64,000 nt of DNA, taken from Eledone cirrhosa. Lineage: Eukaryota. The DNA is taken from positions 4,898,001 to 4,962,000 of the forward strand of contig OZ024742.1 in the NCBI GenBank assembly GCA_964016885.1, written 5' to 3'. The position numbers were made by a program, and so were the translations under genes. The notes under the pieces were generated by a model. That model did not search any database, was not told the DNA's origin, and saw only the letters and a program-made list of their open reading frames with translations. This document shows, in pieces, positions 42,299 through 55,939 of the stretch; position 1 is the stretch's first letter, and every line of letters starts with the position of its first letter.

Positions 42299-45200
42299 TT
42301 ACAAATATATACTCAGAGTAGGCCCATTCACTCGGGCCATTCTTGCTTCTCTTACCCATCTTTCAACAAAATGCTGGGAAGAGAGCACTTCCCTCTCTAC
42401 TCTGATTTTCCTTTTCAAATGAAATTTGAAAAAGTCAATCAGAGCATCACCGAAGAGGTAAGTGCTCGTCTTCAGCCCTTTCAAACGTGTCCACCATACT
42501 ATCTCTTTCGCCATGGCCACCAGACGGCTAAAGGAGGAGGGCGGGGCAATCCTCACGATGGACTCAGATGATAGCCGGATCCGTCCTACACGCGACAGCA
42601 GGTGTTCGACATAAACCCACAAGTCAGCAATTTTCGGACACTGGACGAGTGCGTGCAGGACGGTTTCGTCGCCCTGCGCGCATCTCGGACATGCCCGGCT
42701 GACGGCACCTCCATGCCTGTAGAGGTTATCCCGAACTGGCAAGGTTCCTCGGTAGCACTGCCAGGCCAGAGATTTCTGGAAGTTGTCCATAGGCCCTGGC
42801 CCGAAAGTTCTTCCGAAGAGATTGGCTAGTTGATTTTCGTCGACGCCTAGAGTTTCCCCAAGTACGTCGTCGCTCTTCCCCTCCACTAATCCTCTATAGA
42901 ACGCCGAGGTGGAGTTTCCACCGATCACATTGCCCGATTGGTCGAGGGCTGTGAGCGCCTGAAGACATTCCAGTCTCCAGGCGCTCCCTCTCGGTCTTCG
43001 CTTGACCCAGGACTGCAGTTCCGTCAAGGAACCGAACTGGGGAAATACGTGTCTAGCAAACGGCTACAACACCTGATCACCGTCGAGGAAGAGGTGGAGA
43101 TGTCGTAGCCTGAGCGCGTGCCTGCGCATCATCAGCCACGGCATGCCCAGCCCTCCACGTAGCGGGTGTTGACAACAGATGGACCGCCTGATCATTGGAG
43201 CGCGTCCCTTCCACAAAAAGCGAAAGAGCAAACGCTCCAGCGCAGTCAGGCGAGGCTTAGGACAAGGTACGACGTTCAGGTGGTAGCAGATGACAGACGC
43301 GATGTACGCATTAGCCACCTCCGCTCGACCTTTCAGGGCTAGCTTCCTCTCCGCCCATTTCTGGGTGAGAGAAGCCACCCTGCTCGTCAACTCGTCCAAG
43401 TTCTTGTCCGTCTGGAGGTCCGGACCGAACCAGACCCCTAGCAATTTAACCGGTCCGTCCGTCCAGCGTCCCACGACGCTGTTGGACGGCATGGACCTGC
43501 CTCTTCAGGTACTGAGCTGCAGGCCCACTGACTTTTCCTGGTTGATCATTGCTCCTGTCACCGCTTCGTATTCTCTTAGTGTAGTGCCGATTGCCTCGAT
43601 GTGTTTGGCGTTCGACACCACTACGGTGACATCGTCCGCATATGCTGACTCGGATCTTCCGCATCCTAGTTCGCGCGGGACGCCCCTCAACGTCTCCAGT
43701 TTGTGCAGTAATGGCTCGAGAGTCAATACGTACAAGAGGGACGAGAGGGGACATCCTTGACGGACCGAGCGCATGATGTTGAACGGTTCTGACAGGTGAC
43801 CGTTCACTCTCACCACAGAGCAGATGTCGCTGTACATGGCAGCGATCCAGCCTCTGAAGACGGGCCCAAAGCCAGCCGCCCTTAGGATTGCCGCTAGGTA
43901 ACGATGGTCGACCCTATCGAAAGCTTTCGACTGATCTAAATTGATCAAGGACCCACCCGTGCCAGGTTCCCTAGCTACCCTCTCTACGATGTATCGCATG
44001 AGGTGGAGGTTGTCGTGGATGGATCTGTCGGGAATGGCGCATGTCTGCCCCTCTCCCACCAGACCACCAACGACAAGCGCCAACCTCTTTGCTAGCACCT
44101 TGGCCAAAATCTTGAACTCTATGTTTAACAGAGTTATGGGCCGGAAATTATGTATGTTATCCCCCTTGTTCGGATCCTTTCTCAGCAGTGCCACCGCTCC
44201 TCGGCTCACAGAACTGGGAATTCTCCCGTTCTGTTGCCAGTTGCAGTAGACGTCCGCCAAGAGGCATCCGAACATGTCTGGCATCTGTACGTAAAGTTCA
44301 TAGGGCAAACCATCCAAACCAGGCAATTTACCCCTTGTGCAGCCAGTCATTGCCTCCCTTACTTCAGCGGCTGTTATCGGCTTTTCGCAACACTTCGCCT
44401 CAGTGGCCGACAGCCGCGGCAGTCCGTCGAGGTAGACACTAAAGTCCATCCCTCGACCCGGCCCACCGCTGCCCCCGAACAGCTGAGCGAAGTGTCGCTG
44501 AAAAGCTTCACACATTTTCCTGGGATCGTGTAGCATGCGCCCGTCGTGGTCCACCAAAGACCGGATTGTGGCTTTGTTGCCACGACGCGCCTCCGCCACT
44601 CGGGCCCATTGAACGGCTTTCGTCCCCTCGTGCCTGACAGCACGCACCCTTGCTCTGACAACGCAGCCTTCGTGCTTTGCATTGAAGAATTGGTCAAGGG
44701 CCAATTTCGCCGCAAGCACGTCGGTCGCAATGCCTTTGCTAAGCGCCTCGTCTAATTTTCTAACTAGTTCTCCCTCTGCTCTATTTTTCTCTATTGCTAA
44801 AGCCTTACTAAACCTAATCCATTTTATTCTAATCGCTCTTTTCAGAGCAAACCACCACTTGTTGTTGACGATGGCCCCCGTCAACGCCCGCTTAACTAGT
44901 TCGCTAATCCGGTCTCTGTAGGCCTTGCGCGCTGGTAAGGACGCGTTTAGCTTCCAGTAGACGGGTCCTCGTCTATGAAGCCTATCTAAGTCAAGCACAC
45001 AGATCACGAATTTGTGGTCCGTGTAGCTGACTATCTTGAATTGTGGACAGCCTATGCTAGACCTATCTATTTCCCTACAAAATACTCTATCTAGATATGA
45101 TCTGGATGAACCTATGCGATTTGTCCAAGTCCACATTGGCACATTCGGGAAATCCAATCGGTACCTGTCAGACAGTTCAAAACGCCTGAGCAGGTTGGTG

Positions 45201-45694
45201 AGGCTCTTGCACCCTCCACCCCTATCCGCTAATCCCACACAGTCCCAGCGTGCATCTAAGATCCCGTTCCAGTCGCCCACTAACACTAAAGAGAGGGACG
45301 TTCCAAGAAAGGTCTCCAGACGCCGGAAGAAATCAGGCCGCCCTGCTCCTGTCGGAGCATAGACGGCGACTAGCCTGAAAGCTTGCCCGTCTCCGCTGGT
45401 CATGTCCAGCACCACCAACTTACCCTCTGGGTCCAGGAAGATAGCCCGTATGGCCAGATCCAAACCTCTCCGAAAAATCACAGCAACTCATCCCCCCGAT
45501 CCAGGACGGCTGGGAGATGCGTACACATCGTAGCCGCCGAAGATCGGTGCGAAGGCCCGTGCTTCGGAGATTCTGGTCTCGCTGATGGCCACTACATCTA
45601 TGTTTAGTGACCTGAGGTCGTTGAGCAGGTGACCCTGCTTCCATGACGACCCCAAGCCACGCGCATTTATGCTGCCTATTCTGAGTGAGGTCAT
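42299..45694 (-). pseudogene. Tx1 ORF2 (APE + RT), about three frameshifts
   Basis: MTSLRIGSINARGL, SET, VYAP, GDWN, YLDR, TDH, YWKLN, FRPITLLN, LDQSKAFDRV, QGCPLS, YADD; 658-aa open stretch. Confidence 0.95.
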
Positions 45695-45729
45695 GTTTAA
45701 AATAGAGTGGAAAAGATGGGAAAGACCAC

Positions 45730-47814
45730 TTACCGTACTTTTCGTAGAGGAGGGATGGTTTTTACATCCCTTTTCACTTGATCGTCTGGTGAAGGGACCG
45801 TTGAATCGTCCCTTCGGCTGGTCATCGGCTCTTCTATGAGTATGTCCGAATATACTCTTCGGTTGATAGTTCCTCCTAGGTCTCTGAAATCACCAACTGC
45901 GTTGGGGAATTTCGTTTTAATGTTTGTGTATTGTTTCTGTGCTATTTTTAGCAGTCTTATGTTAGTTGGCGTTTTGATTGTTGCTGGTATTATGTAGTCG
46001 TGTTGTGAAATGTCTGTGTGTTCAATTATGTAAGTCATTAGTTTCTTGTTGTGTGTATTTATTGCCGTGCATTTGTTTTTCTGGGGGTGGGGTGTGGTTC
46101 TGCTATTTTCTTGTCGTTTTTGCTGGGTGTGTGTGTTTTGTTGTTGTGTTTGCGATGTTGGTGCTTGTGGTGGTGGTGTTGAAGGTGTTGTTGTTGTTGG
46201 CGGTGGGGTTGTCGCCGGTGGTGATGGTGGTGCTAGTGTGGGTGGTGATGGTCTTGGTAGTGTTGCTGCTGTGAGTCTCTTTGCAGTAGACTTTACGCTT
46301 TTTTCATTTCTTTCCTCCCTTTTCAAAGGCGACGATGCGCTACTTCTGCGTTTGTGCCTTCTTACGACCTTTTTCCATCCCTCTCCCACCTCACACGCCA
46401 TGTCTGATTCTGTGAGGTCGGGGAGGGGTACCAGCTCCACTCTTTCACTTGTTGTTGTTGGTAATGTTTGCACTGTAGTCTCTGTTGCAGCTGCATTTGG
46501 TATTGCTATTGTTGTTGTTGTTAATACTTCCACTGCTGCTACTGTTTTTGATTTCCGTGGCGTGGGTATGGGTGCCACGGACCTATCGTTCCTGGTTGCC
46601 GCTTGTCCTGTTGCTGGTAGCCGTGGAGCCGGTTTCGAAAGGAGGGGGGGTCTCCTTTCTCAGGGTCTTCTCGTTGCAGAAGGCCCTGAGGTGAGTCTTC
46701 GATCCACAGCGAAAGCATTTCGGGCGTTTGCCCTCAACACTTATGGGCAGTTGAGTGCCGTTATCGAAGTCTATCACATCCGGGATAGCTTCGATGCACT
46801 CCTGGTTGGTTTGGATTAACATCTCAATGGAGGTGCCGACCCAATCTTCTCTTACTTTTTTCTGTACTTGCAGTACAGTTGTTTTGTCCTCGATTCCGAC
46901 GAGGACAGAAGCGGCCAGCCAAGAAGGGGCCATCCCGGGGGGGGGGGGGCGTGGGTCAGTTTGACCCTCACAATTTTTTGCCCGCCGTAGGAGGGCACCA
47001 ACACCATTTCCTCGCTCCTTAGGGTCACTACGGATTGAGCCTTTGCCTCCTGGGGTGTGGCAAAAAGTACGTCTACGGTGGCATATTTCTTGCCTCGGGT
47101 GATGTGTGTTTTCCGCTGCCACACAAACCCCAAGGCTTTTTGTATTTGAGCCTCTGTGGCTCTTTCCACCCTACGGGATTTTGTACTTACTGTACGGTAC
47201 GTGACCGTACAGTGCTGTTGGGTTTCGAAAAAACTTTTCCGCTGCCTTGCAGATTGCTCGGTGTCCAGTTTTTGTCACCATCTTCTTCGCTTCCTCTAAT
47301 TCCTCATTTGTTATGAGGATTGTTTCCAGGTTCTTCGCGATACCTGCAAACGAGATTGGTTTTTCTTTGCTGCTGTTGTTATTGTTGTCGTCAGACCTGC
47401 TGTTACTTTTGTTGTTGCTGCAGGTACTACGACTACTGCCGCCGCCGCTGTTGCTGTGGTTGTTGTTGCTGCTGCTAATGCTGTTGTTGTTTATGCTGCT
47501 GCTGATGCTGTTGCGGCTGCTACTGTTGTTTTCATTGTCACTGTTGCTGTTGTTATTACGGCTGCTACTGCTATTATTCCTGACGTCAGACGAATGAAAT
47601 GGGTTTTCGTATTTCCCGCACACCTGTTTCGTCGTCGTTGTCGTCGTCGTCTGGAGAAATCTTGCACGCTTTGCACGAGACTTTTCTTTTCTGTCGTCGC
47701 TTGCGAAAGAGAAGGGAGGGAGAGAGACAATCTTCTCTCTGCTGTAGTGACGATTGAGGAAGAAGAAGACGGAATGAGTGGGAGTGACCTATGAACATTC
47801 TTTTTCGTAGCCAT
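45730..47814 (-). pseudogene. Tx1 ORF1 (zinc-knuckle protein), frameshifted
   Basis: CFRCGSKTHLRAFC (Cx2Cx4Hx4C); Thr/Pro-rich linkers; ends 36 bp before ORF2. Confidence 0.85.
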
Positions 47815-48032
47815 GTTGTTTTTTTTTTGTTTAAAATAAATATTGGGCACAAAACTCCAATAAGCAGTTATTTAACCCCGAAGGGCCAAATAACGCGCAG
47901 AAAGACCCCTCTCACGAGGAGGAGGGTGTTTTTGTCTACAAGTTGGTAAAAGTTTTAAACAATTTACAATTGTTATAGCGTTCAAAATTTACAATACCTT
48001 ACAGAGCCGAGCCTCCGTCAACCATAGCATTC

Positions 48033-48103
<71 letters not shown>

Positions 48104-48160
48104 GTATATCTAAAATGTAATCCTTTATTTTTTCTTGCAGCCTTAAGTATTTTATGTTCT

Positions 48161-48243
48161 TATGAGGAAACAATTGTATATCAACTTAATTTAGCAAATA
48201 AACCGTGTGCCTACATCAATTTGCACTGTATAACATTTGCTAA

Positions 48244-48317
<74 letters not shown>

Positions 48318-48421
48318 TTAGCAAATATATATATACATTTAGCAAATGTTATTCAGTGCAAATTGATGTAGGCACACGGTTTATTTGCTAAATTAAGTTG
48401 ATATACAATTGTTTCCTCATA
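48161..48421. repeat. ~86-bp inverted repeat centred on (TA)n
   Basis: 48161-48246 is the reverse complement of ~48336-48421 with about one mismatch. Confidence 0.93.
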
Positions 48422-49024
48422 TGCGAAAGCATATATATATATGCTTTCGCACACATGTGTGTATCTGTGTGATGAAGGTTACAACGTTACACGCATATAT
48501 ATATATATTACACATATATATGTATATGGATGTGTGTATTTGGATGTATGTTTGCTTATGGTAGTATATAGATAGAGAGGGGTCTATATTTGCAGTATTT
48601 TACGTTAATGTGTACGTATGGACGTCAACGTTGTTTCGTGTTTATGCTGTGCATATGGGTTGTGGTCTGTCAATTGAAATTGTTTTACAAAATGGACATG
48701 GCGAGCATTTTTTAAAAACACCATTTGTTATTGAAACGGTTAAATCGTGTAATAAATATATGGAGTAAAAATTAGACCGACTAACCTCACATAATTTTTA
48801 CAGTTACTTTAACTAGCATTTCCGTTTGAATTCTTCTGGGGATTCAAATAAATAAATGAATATATAAATAAGATCAGAGAAAAACATATAAAAATCTCGA
48901 CAAATCCCAAACAAATTATAAAAGAAATATTCAGTCAAAGACATTGTTTGATGGCGGAAAAAATGATTATCAAGAAAAGCAGATTTAGAAATTTTTCCCC
49001 AAACTTCTTGCCAATAAATGTATT

Positions 49025-49175
49025 GAAGAAGAAGAAGAAGAAAAAGAAGAAGAAGAAGAAGAAGAAGAAGAAGAAGAAGAAGAAGAAGAAGAAGAAGAAG
49101 AAGAAGAAGAAGAAGAAGAAGAAGAAGAAGAAGAAGAAGAAGAAGAAGAAGAAGAAGAAGAAGAAGAAGAAGAAG
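49025..49175. repeat. (GAA)n
   Basis: Direct reading. Confidence 0.98.
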
Positions 49176-49745
49176 ATCCAAACGGAACAGAGGTTAAAAT
49201 GAAACAAATGAAATGTATTTATTGTTTAGTCAAATGTAGGACATAAAAGATTATGTAGGAAAAAAAACACACAAAACACATAAAAAGTAGCTTCAAAATC
49301 TGGTCAGGAAACAAGCAGACGATATTTGTTCAGCGAAACGAATCATTAATTTACTGCTGCACAAAAACAAACGAATTATTCTTGATTTTTCTTCTTTCGT
49401 GTTTTGTTTCTTTGTTGTTCTATTTTTCTATTGTTTTATTTAATTCAAATTTATTTTATTCTATCCTCTGTTGTTTTTCTTCAAACGAACAGGAAAAGAA
49501 TTTCACACAAAAAAAAACTTCATCAACACTTGGCTTTCTTTCTTCAGTTTCTGAAATTTCAAACGGATTTTAATATTTTTTTAAATATCAAAATAAATAC
49601 AAAAAAAATGATTATTTGTCAATTGAGAATTATATTTATTTAAATAAAAAATTAAAATGAAAAATATTAAAAAAAATATTTCAATATGTAAATAGATTGG
49701 ATGGATTAGTAGAATTCAATCAATCAATATATATGTTGTCAGTAT

Positions 49746-49792
<47 letters not shown>

Positions 49793-49922
49793 CGTGAATG
49801 TTTATGTTATGCGCACTTATGTGTGTGCGTGAATGTGTATGTTATGCGCACTTATACGTATATATGTCTGCTATAAGCAGATGTATGTGTGTATACGTGT
49901 TACGTGTACGTGTATGTATTCC

Positions 49923-49968
<46 letters not shown>

Positions 49969-50507
49969 TACCATATCAGAGATAAATGGAATACACCCAG
50001 CTCTAAGGTACGTCTGAAATACATGTAACGTCTGGGTAGTTTCTCGGGAGATTAAAATCTAGAAAAGACGTTCTTCCATTCGCTTCATTTGCTGTGAGAT
50101 GTTCGATCATATACCAACCGATTAATTCCTTAGAAAACTGAACTTTTCAATTCTTCATATTTTTAATCAAATGTCTTGTTCCGGTTTAGTAGTATTTGCT
50201 TTAACTTTAATCTATTTTCTTTTTTTTTTAACAGATTTTTGCGGTTTCAGACTGTGGCGATGCTGGAGCACAGTCGTGATTGTAAAGGGCTATAACTCTA
50301 TGCCATGTTGTCTGACGCTCTACCGATACTGCCAGTCCGCTTCCCTAACAGGCATAATAATAATAATGACTATAATTGAGTAACTTCAATAGTTACTAAA
50401 TTATGTCAACTATTATTATGATACTTTCTACGTTATGACGGCGGCTATATTTCAAATTCCAAACTTTTCCAATTACCCTTAATTCAATGATTACAAACAC
50501 ACACACT

Positions 50508-50591
<84 letters not shown>

Positions 50592-50702
50592 CAAACTGTA
50601 TTAATCTAATTAGTATTTTTCAATCTAGCTAACTTGGTCGTTTACAATACAAACGCTTATATGTTCATATTGGTGTTTATCATATATTAATTTATATTAA
50701 CT

Positions 50703-50760
<58 letters not shown>

Positions 50761-50761
<1 letters not shown>

Positions 50762-50954
50762 GAAGAAAGTGTGGTAAGGAACCAGGTGACCATAACGCAC
50801 AAAGTACTCGATACTCAGGGTAGTAGAGTGGGTAATAGGAAAATAGTCAGGACCCCGACGGCCAGCTGAGCTCCAGCCGTTTCGATAGCTAGGTTCAGAC
50901 CAATCTGTCGAAACGGCCGGAGCTCAGCAGTCGGGGTCCTGACTCTTTTCCCAT
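50761..50954. mobile_element. Short fold-back element, copy 2
   Basis: Same leader as 3492; imperfect arms ~50836-50885 / 50908-50954; (TA)n flanks. Confidence 0.7.
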
Positions 50955-51368
50955 ATATATATATATATATATATATATAACTACTTATTCCGCGCCTACT
51001 CATCTTACGTCAATGTTCCACTAATGTTACATCACAGTGTACTCTTTTAGTTTGGGGTTTTTTTAAACTTCATCTTATATAACTTTATAGTTCCAACTTC
51101 AAATTTGATAACTTCAACTAGAAAAAAATACTTCTTCTATATCTTAAGGGTTTCTTGTTTCTGATATTTCTTCCATTATTTTTATCACTGATAGTGAAAC
51201 TATTGATAGTCGGCATTTACCTGCAATGCTATAGAGTGTCCAATTTAGTTTCTAACATTTAATATTCTAATGATTATTTCAATGATTCCTCATATTGCTT
51301 CAGTAAGTCTACTGGCTGACGAACATTGAAGGTTTGGAAAATTCTTTCCAGTGAAATCCGTTTATGTG

Positions 51369-51615
51369 TAGGCGCGTGGCCTAGTGGGAAGGGTTCAATT
51401 TCTGACTAGGTTGTGTTTTGTGTTATTGAACGAAACACTTCATTTCACGTTGCCCCTGCTGAAAATGAGTACCAGCAGCAATAGCTGGTGGGTTAACTCT
51501 GAAATGGACTGGCATCATAGGAGGGAGTCATGTATGCTCACACGTTTAACGCCAAGAAATCCGGGATAAGCACCGGCATGATGAGCCTTCGAGCACGAGA
51601 CAGACTTTAGACTTT
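51369..51615 (+). mobile_element. tRNA-derived SINE with CORE-like block
   Basis: A-box tggcctagtgg, B-box-like ggttcaatt, tgtgttattgaacgaaacacttcatttc block, short acttt tail. Confidence 0.55.
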
Positions 51616-52023
51616 AAGCTGTGAACATCTCGTCTTGTATAGTACACCCAGTACTCCATAGTCCAGTGAGTCTTTCATTTTTTAAGACAATATAGCTTGA
51701 TGTGAAAAGTATATGCTACTGTTTCTGTCCGGTTGAGCAACCACCTAGTGGTTCCAGTGTCGGTGTGTCTAATGTACCCTTTCCTAAGACGACACAGTAT
51801 AATTTGAGAAAGATGCAACTACTATTTCTGCAACCACGTAGGGGGTCCCTAATGTGATTCTGTGATATTTTATTGAAGGCTGCAACATTTTACTGAAGAC
51901 ATCTGTATTTTAACATCTTATACTTACTCTCATACTTCCCTTTAATCCGTCTGAAATTCTATAACAATCGTATTTACTCTCAGTCACCGAAAATGTCTGT
52001 AATTTGGCTCTTTGATCTTGTTG

Positions 52024-52061
<38 letters not shown>

Positions 52062-52483
52062 GGTGGTGGTGGTAATGGTGGTTTTGGTGGCGGCCAGCGG
52101 CCATGTGTTGGTGGTGGTGGTTTTGGTGGTGGTGGTCATGTCGGCGGCTGGTGTGGTGGTGGTGCTAGTGTTGATATTGTTGTGGCTGTTGTTGTTTGAG
52201 GTGTTGGTGTTCAATGTAGATGCTGGTTATTGTTGCTATTGTTACTGTTGTTGTTGTTTTTGCCAGTGTTATTTCTGGCATCAATGTTGTTATTGTTGTT
52301 TTTGTCTACAAGTAGAGGCAAAAGGATTTTCTGTTAAAGATTTATACGATCAGAAGAATTTATACTCTATAATGAGTAGTTTTAATATCTAAGTTAGAAT
52401 CTGCATGTTTGACACAAACGATAAAAAAGCGAAATAAATCTACACACACACAGACATACATATATATATAAGTGTATATAAGT

Positions 52484-52680
<197 letters not shown>

Positions 52681-53309
52681 TATACTGTTGCGAACGTTGA
52701 AATACTAACTGAAATTAAATGACGCTTAGAAAACGACCATAACAGACAGAAAAATAAGTTAAAAGATAAACCAAGTTTATGAAGAATGGTGACGTCAATA
52801 ATATATCGTTACCATGAAAACTTTGGAGTTAACATTTGATGTCAATTTAAAGACATATCGAAGCAGAAGAAGTATAGAAAACTATAATATGCATGCCGTG
52901 GTAATCTTTGATAAATCTTTTTTAACTTTAGATTATCAAGAAATGTTCTCACTGTGTTCTGTGACTCGACATATCAACGAAGCATTTTATCAGATTTTAA
53001 GATAACTCCCAATACTGAATCGCAATACTGAACTAAATTACTTTCTCGGCAAAGGATAAATAGTGTTGGTGATGGTCAGCATGTTTCATGGTTTGTTTGT
53101 TTGTATTATAAATATGTGTGTGGAATGATCAGCCACTTGCATGTTATAAATATATATATACACTTTTTTTACATGGTGACTGATTACTTTGAAGTTTTGT
53201 GTTCAAGCTTGCTGTATGTGGACCCTTCCGTCGGATTGCCTTGTTAATGAAATTTGATTGATGGAAACTGTGCAGAAGACCGTTATAATACACACACACA
53301 CACTTATAT

Positions 53310-53312
<3 letters not shown>

Positions 53313-53405
<93 letters not shown>

Positions 53406-53425
53406 TGTGTGTGTGTGCGTGTGTG
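53313..53425. repeat. (TG)n
   Basis: Direct reading. Confidence 0.98.
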
Positions 53426-53734
53426 TTATATCTCGTAAGTTAGCTGTTCCACATAAAGATTGGTAAAACAATTACCACCAAACTTACCAAAATATGTACG
53501 GCAAATCAATATATTGGACTAATCCTGTTAATGTGGTGCCTGAGCAATAGCCTCGGTCTAATGACTGAAACCAGTAACAGAATAGAATGGTATGTGTGTG
53601 TGAGAGAGAGAAGTTTCAAGTGTTTAACGCTTTTATTACCATATCTCTAATGAAATACACTCTATTTGAATTAATTAATGACGAATTTTGGGGGAAGTTA
53701 CTGGACCTATCATCTCATTATTAAAATCACATTA

Positions 53735-53945
53735 GGCCGATGGATTAGTAGTTCCATACAACATACTTTGCGGCATATAATTACGTCCCTTTACGTTCTG
53801 AGTTCAAATCCCACTGAGGTTAGCTTTGCTTTTCATCCTTACGGGGTCGATAAATTAAAGTACCAGTAATGCACTGGGGTCGATACAATCGACTTCTCGC
53901 TTCATTTAAATTGATTTCCAAGAGCCTAAATTAGAAACCATTATT
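53735..53945 (+). mobile_element. tRNA-derived SINE (central block resembles the Meta domain)
   Basis: B-box gagttcaaatccc; ttttcatccttacggggtcgataaattaaagtaccag shared with 57575 copy. Confidence 0.7.
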
Positions 53946-54852
53946 AAAATGACATTTCTAACCTAACAGAAGGTTCTTATATAAAAATATACCTGTTGGA
54001 AGATTATAATTTAAATTCTAACGCTTCATCCATTTCCTGACCATATTCTTAATTAAATACACTACATTTTAATTAATTAATGAAGGATTTGGAGGGATTT
54101 ACTAAAGGTATTATTTCATTAAGATCGTTTTTCGAACATAGCTTAACAAAAGGTTCTTACATCAAATTATGTCGATAGATTTTAATTTAAATAAAAATAA
54201 TTTCAAACACGTAGTTTTCTTCCTAAGAACCAACGGTGGCTTTAAAAGGGTTTCTAATAAAAGTCTTAAAACCTAACTTGTAAATGACTCTAAAGACCGA
54301 AGTTGGATGAAAAAAAAAAATGATAAAACTACTTTACTTTTAACGAACAAATCTTTGTTTGGCTGCCATCTTTATTCCGTTTTCCTGAAGCTGATAAGAT
54401 TGATATTTAGACAATTATTCGAAGAGCACTTAACATTTGCCTGGCAGCACTTAATTCTATTGGAATTTCCTGATTTTCCAAGAGACACTGTACATGAACA
54501 TAATATAAGATTTCGTTTTATTCGGAGGGGACCTCGGAATCAAATCAATGTCCAAGATAACAAAGTCAATTTGACACTACAGCTGAAATACGATTTCAGA
54601 GTAGCAGAGACCTTTGGTATTTCAAGCAACAAAGCAAAGTAGCAGATATGTTCGTTGATAAGATTTTATCGTCAATAAAGAAAGACATACAGAGACAATT
54701 TATAGAACCCAGCTAAATTAGTTTTTGCTATTCTTCATTGAAGAAGTAACTGATATCTGTATTTTAAGTTCCAGAAAGTTTATGATGAAGTTGTCAATTA
54801 AGAAAATTGCAGACAACTTCAATACGGGGGAAATACAAATACGCGTGTGTTG

Positions 54853-54910
<58 letters not shown>

Positions 54911-55361
54911 ATACATATGTGTAGGTGTGTGTATGTATATGTATATGTGTATATGCATATGAATGTGCGTATATATATGTGTGCATATATATGCATGTAT
55001 ATGTGTGTATGCGTTTATATATGCATGTATGTGTACATATGTATGTTTGTGAATATATTCATATATATGTGTGTGTGTTTGTTAGTGTGTGTGTGTCGGT
55101 GTGTGTGTGTGTTTGTGTGTGTGCGTGCGTGTGTGTGTGTGTGTGTGTATGTGTGTGTGTGTGTGTGTGTTTTGATATTGTGGTTGGACCTCGGTCAGTT
55201 TCGACAACGAGTGTTGCTGTTGTTTGATGAGCGGAAGAGTTTTCTCATGAAATTAATATGCATGTGGCAGAGTATTCCGCAACACGTGGACACGTTATAG
55301 CTGAGATAACAGAGATAACTAGAAAAGGACACACCCCCCCATACACACACACACGCGCGCA

Positions 55362-55578
55362 CACACTCCATCGGGTTGCTACGTGATACCATACCTTAGT
55401 ACTACATATTATATTGTACACTCCAGCGGGGTGCTACATGATACCATACCTTAGTACTACATGTTACATTGCACACTCCATCGGGGTGCTACATGATACC
55501 ATACCTTAGTACTATATATCATATTGCACACTCCATCGGGATGCAACATGATACCACACCTTACTACTACATGTTATA
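55362..55578. repeat. 55-bp minisatellite, four copies
   Basis: acactcc at 55363, 55418, 55473, 55528. Confidence 0.95.
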
Positions 55579-55790
55579 TGTGATAAACTAAATTGGTGAG
55601 TTGCGAAAAGAATTTGTTTATATCATTATATGCTTTTATTTGTTTATTTATAAATATTTCCATTTAAAATCATTGATATATATATGTGTGTATGTGTATG
55701 TGTCTGTGTGCGTATGTTTGTACATATATGTTTACACATATGTATGTATGCATATATATATGTGTGTACACAGATATAAGTATATATATA

Positions 55791-55939
55791 ACAGCAAAGA
55801 AAGTGTGGTAAGATTCCGAGTGGATCATAACGCACCAGAGTACTCGATATTTAGGGTAGTAGAGTGGGTAATAGGAAAAGAGTTAGGAATATTGAAACGG
55901 CTGGAGCTCAGCCGTCGGGGTCCTGACTCTTTTCCTATA
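55791..55939. mobile_element. Short fold-back element, copy 3
   Basis: Same leader; ataggaaaagagttagga / tcctgactcttttcctat arms. Confidence 0.68.

Larger units (their letters stand above)
42047..48031 (-). mobile_element. Full-length Tx1-clade LINE (family B) within (TAA)n
   Basis: 5' UTR, ORF1, ORF2, 3' UTR in order; TAA runs at ~42008-42047 and 48032-48101. Confidence 0.93.

Noticed and set aside
46046-46819. Plus-strand 257-aa ORF and other antisense ORFs over the Tx1 elements
   Set aside because: Shadows of GC-rich or low-complexity coding sequence on the opposite strand.
48813-49207. Poly-L/F/K ORFs
   Set aside because: Translations of (GAA)n.
55362-55578. CRISPR-like array
   Set aside because: Contiguous 55-bp units without unique spacers, in a eukaryotic context with no cas genes.
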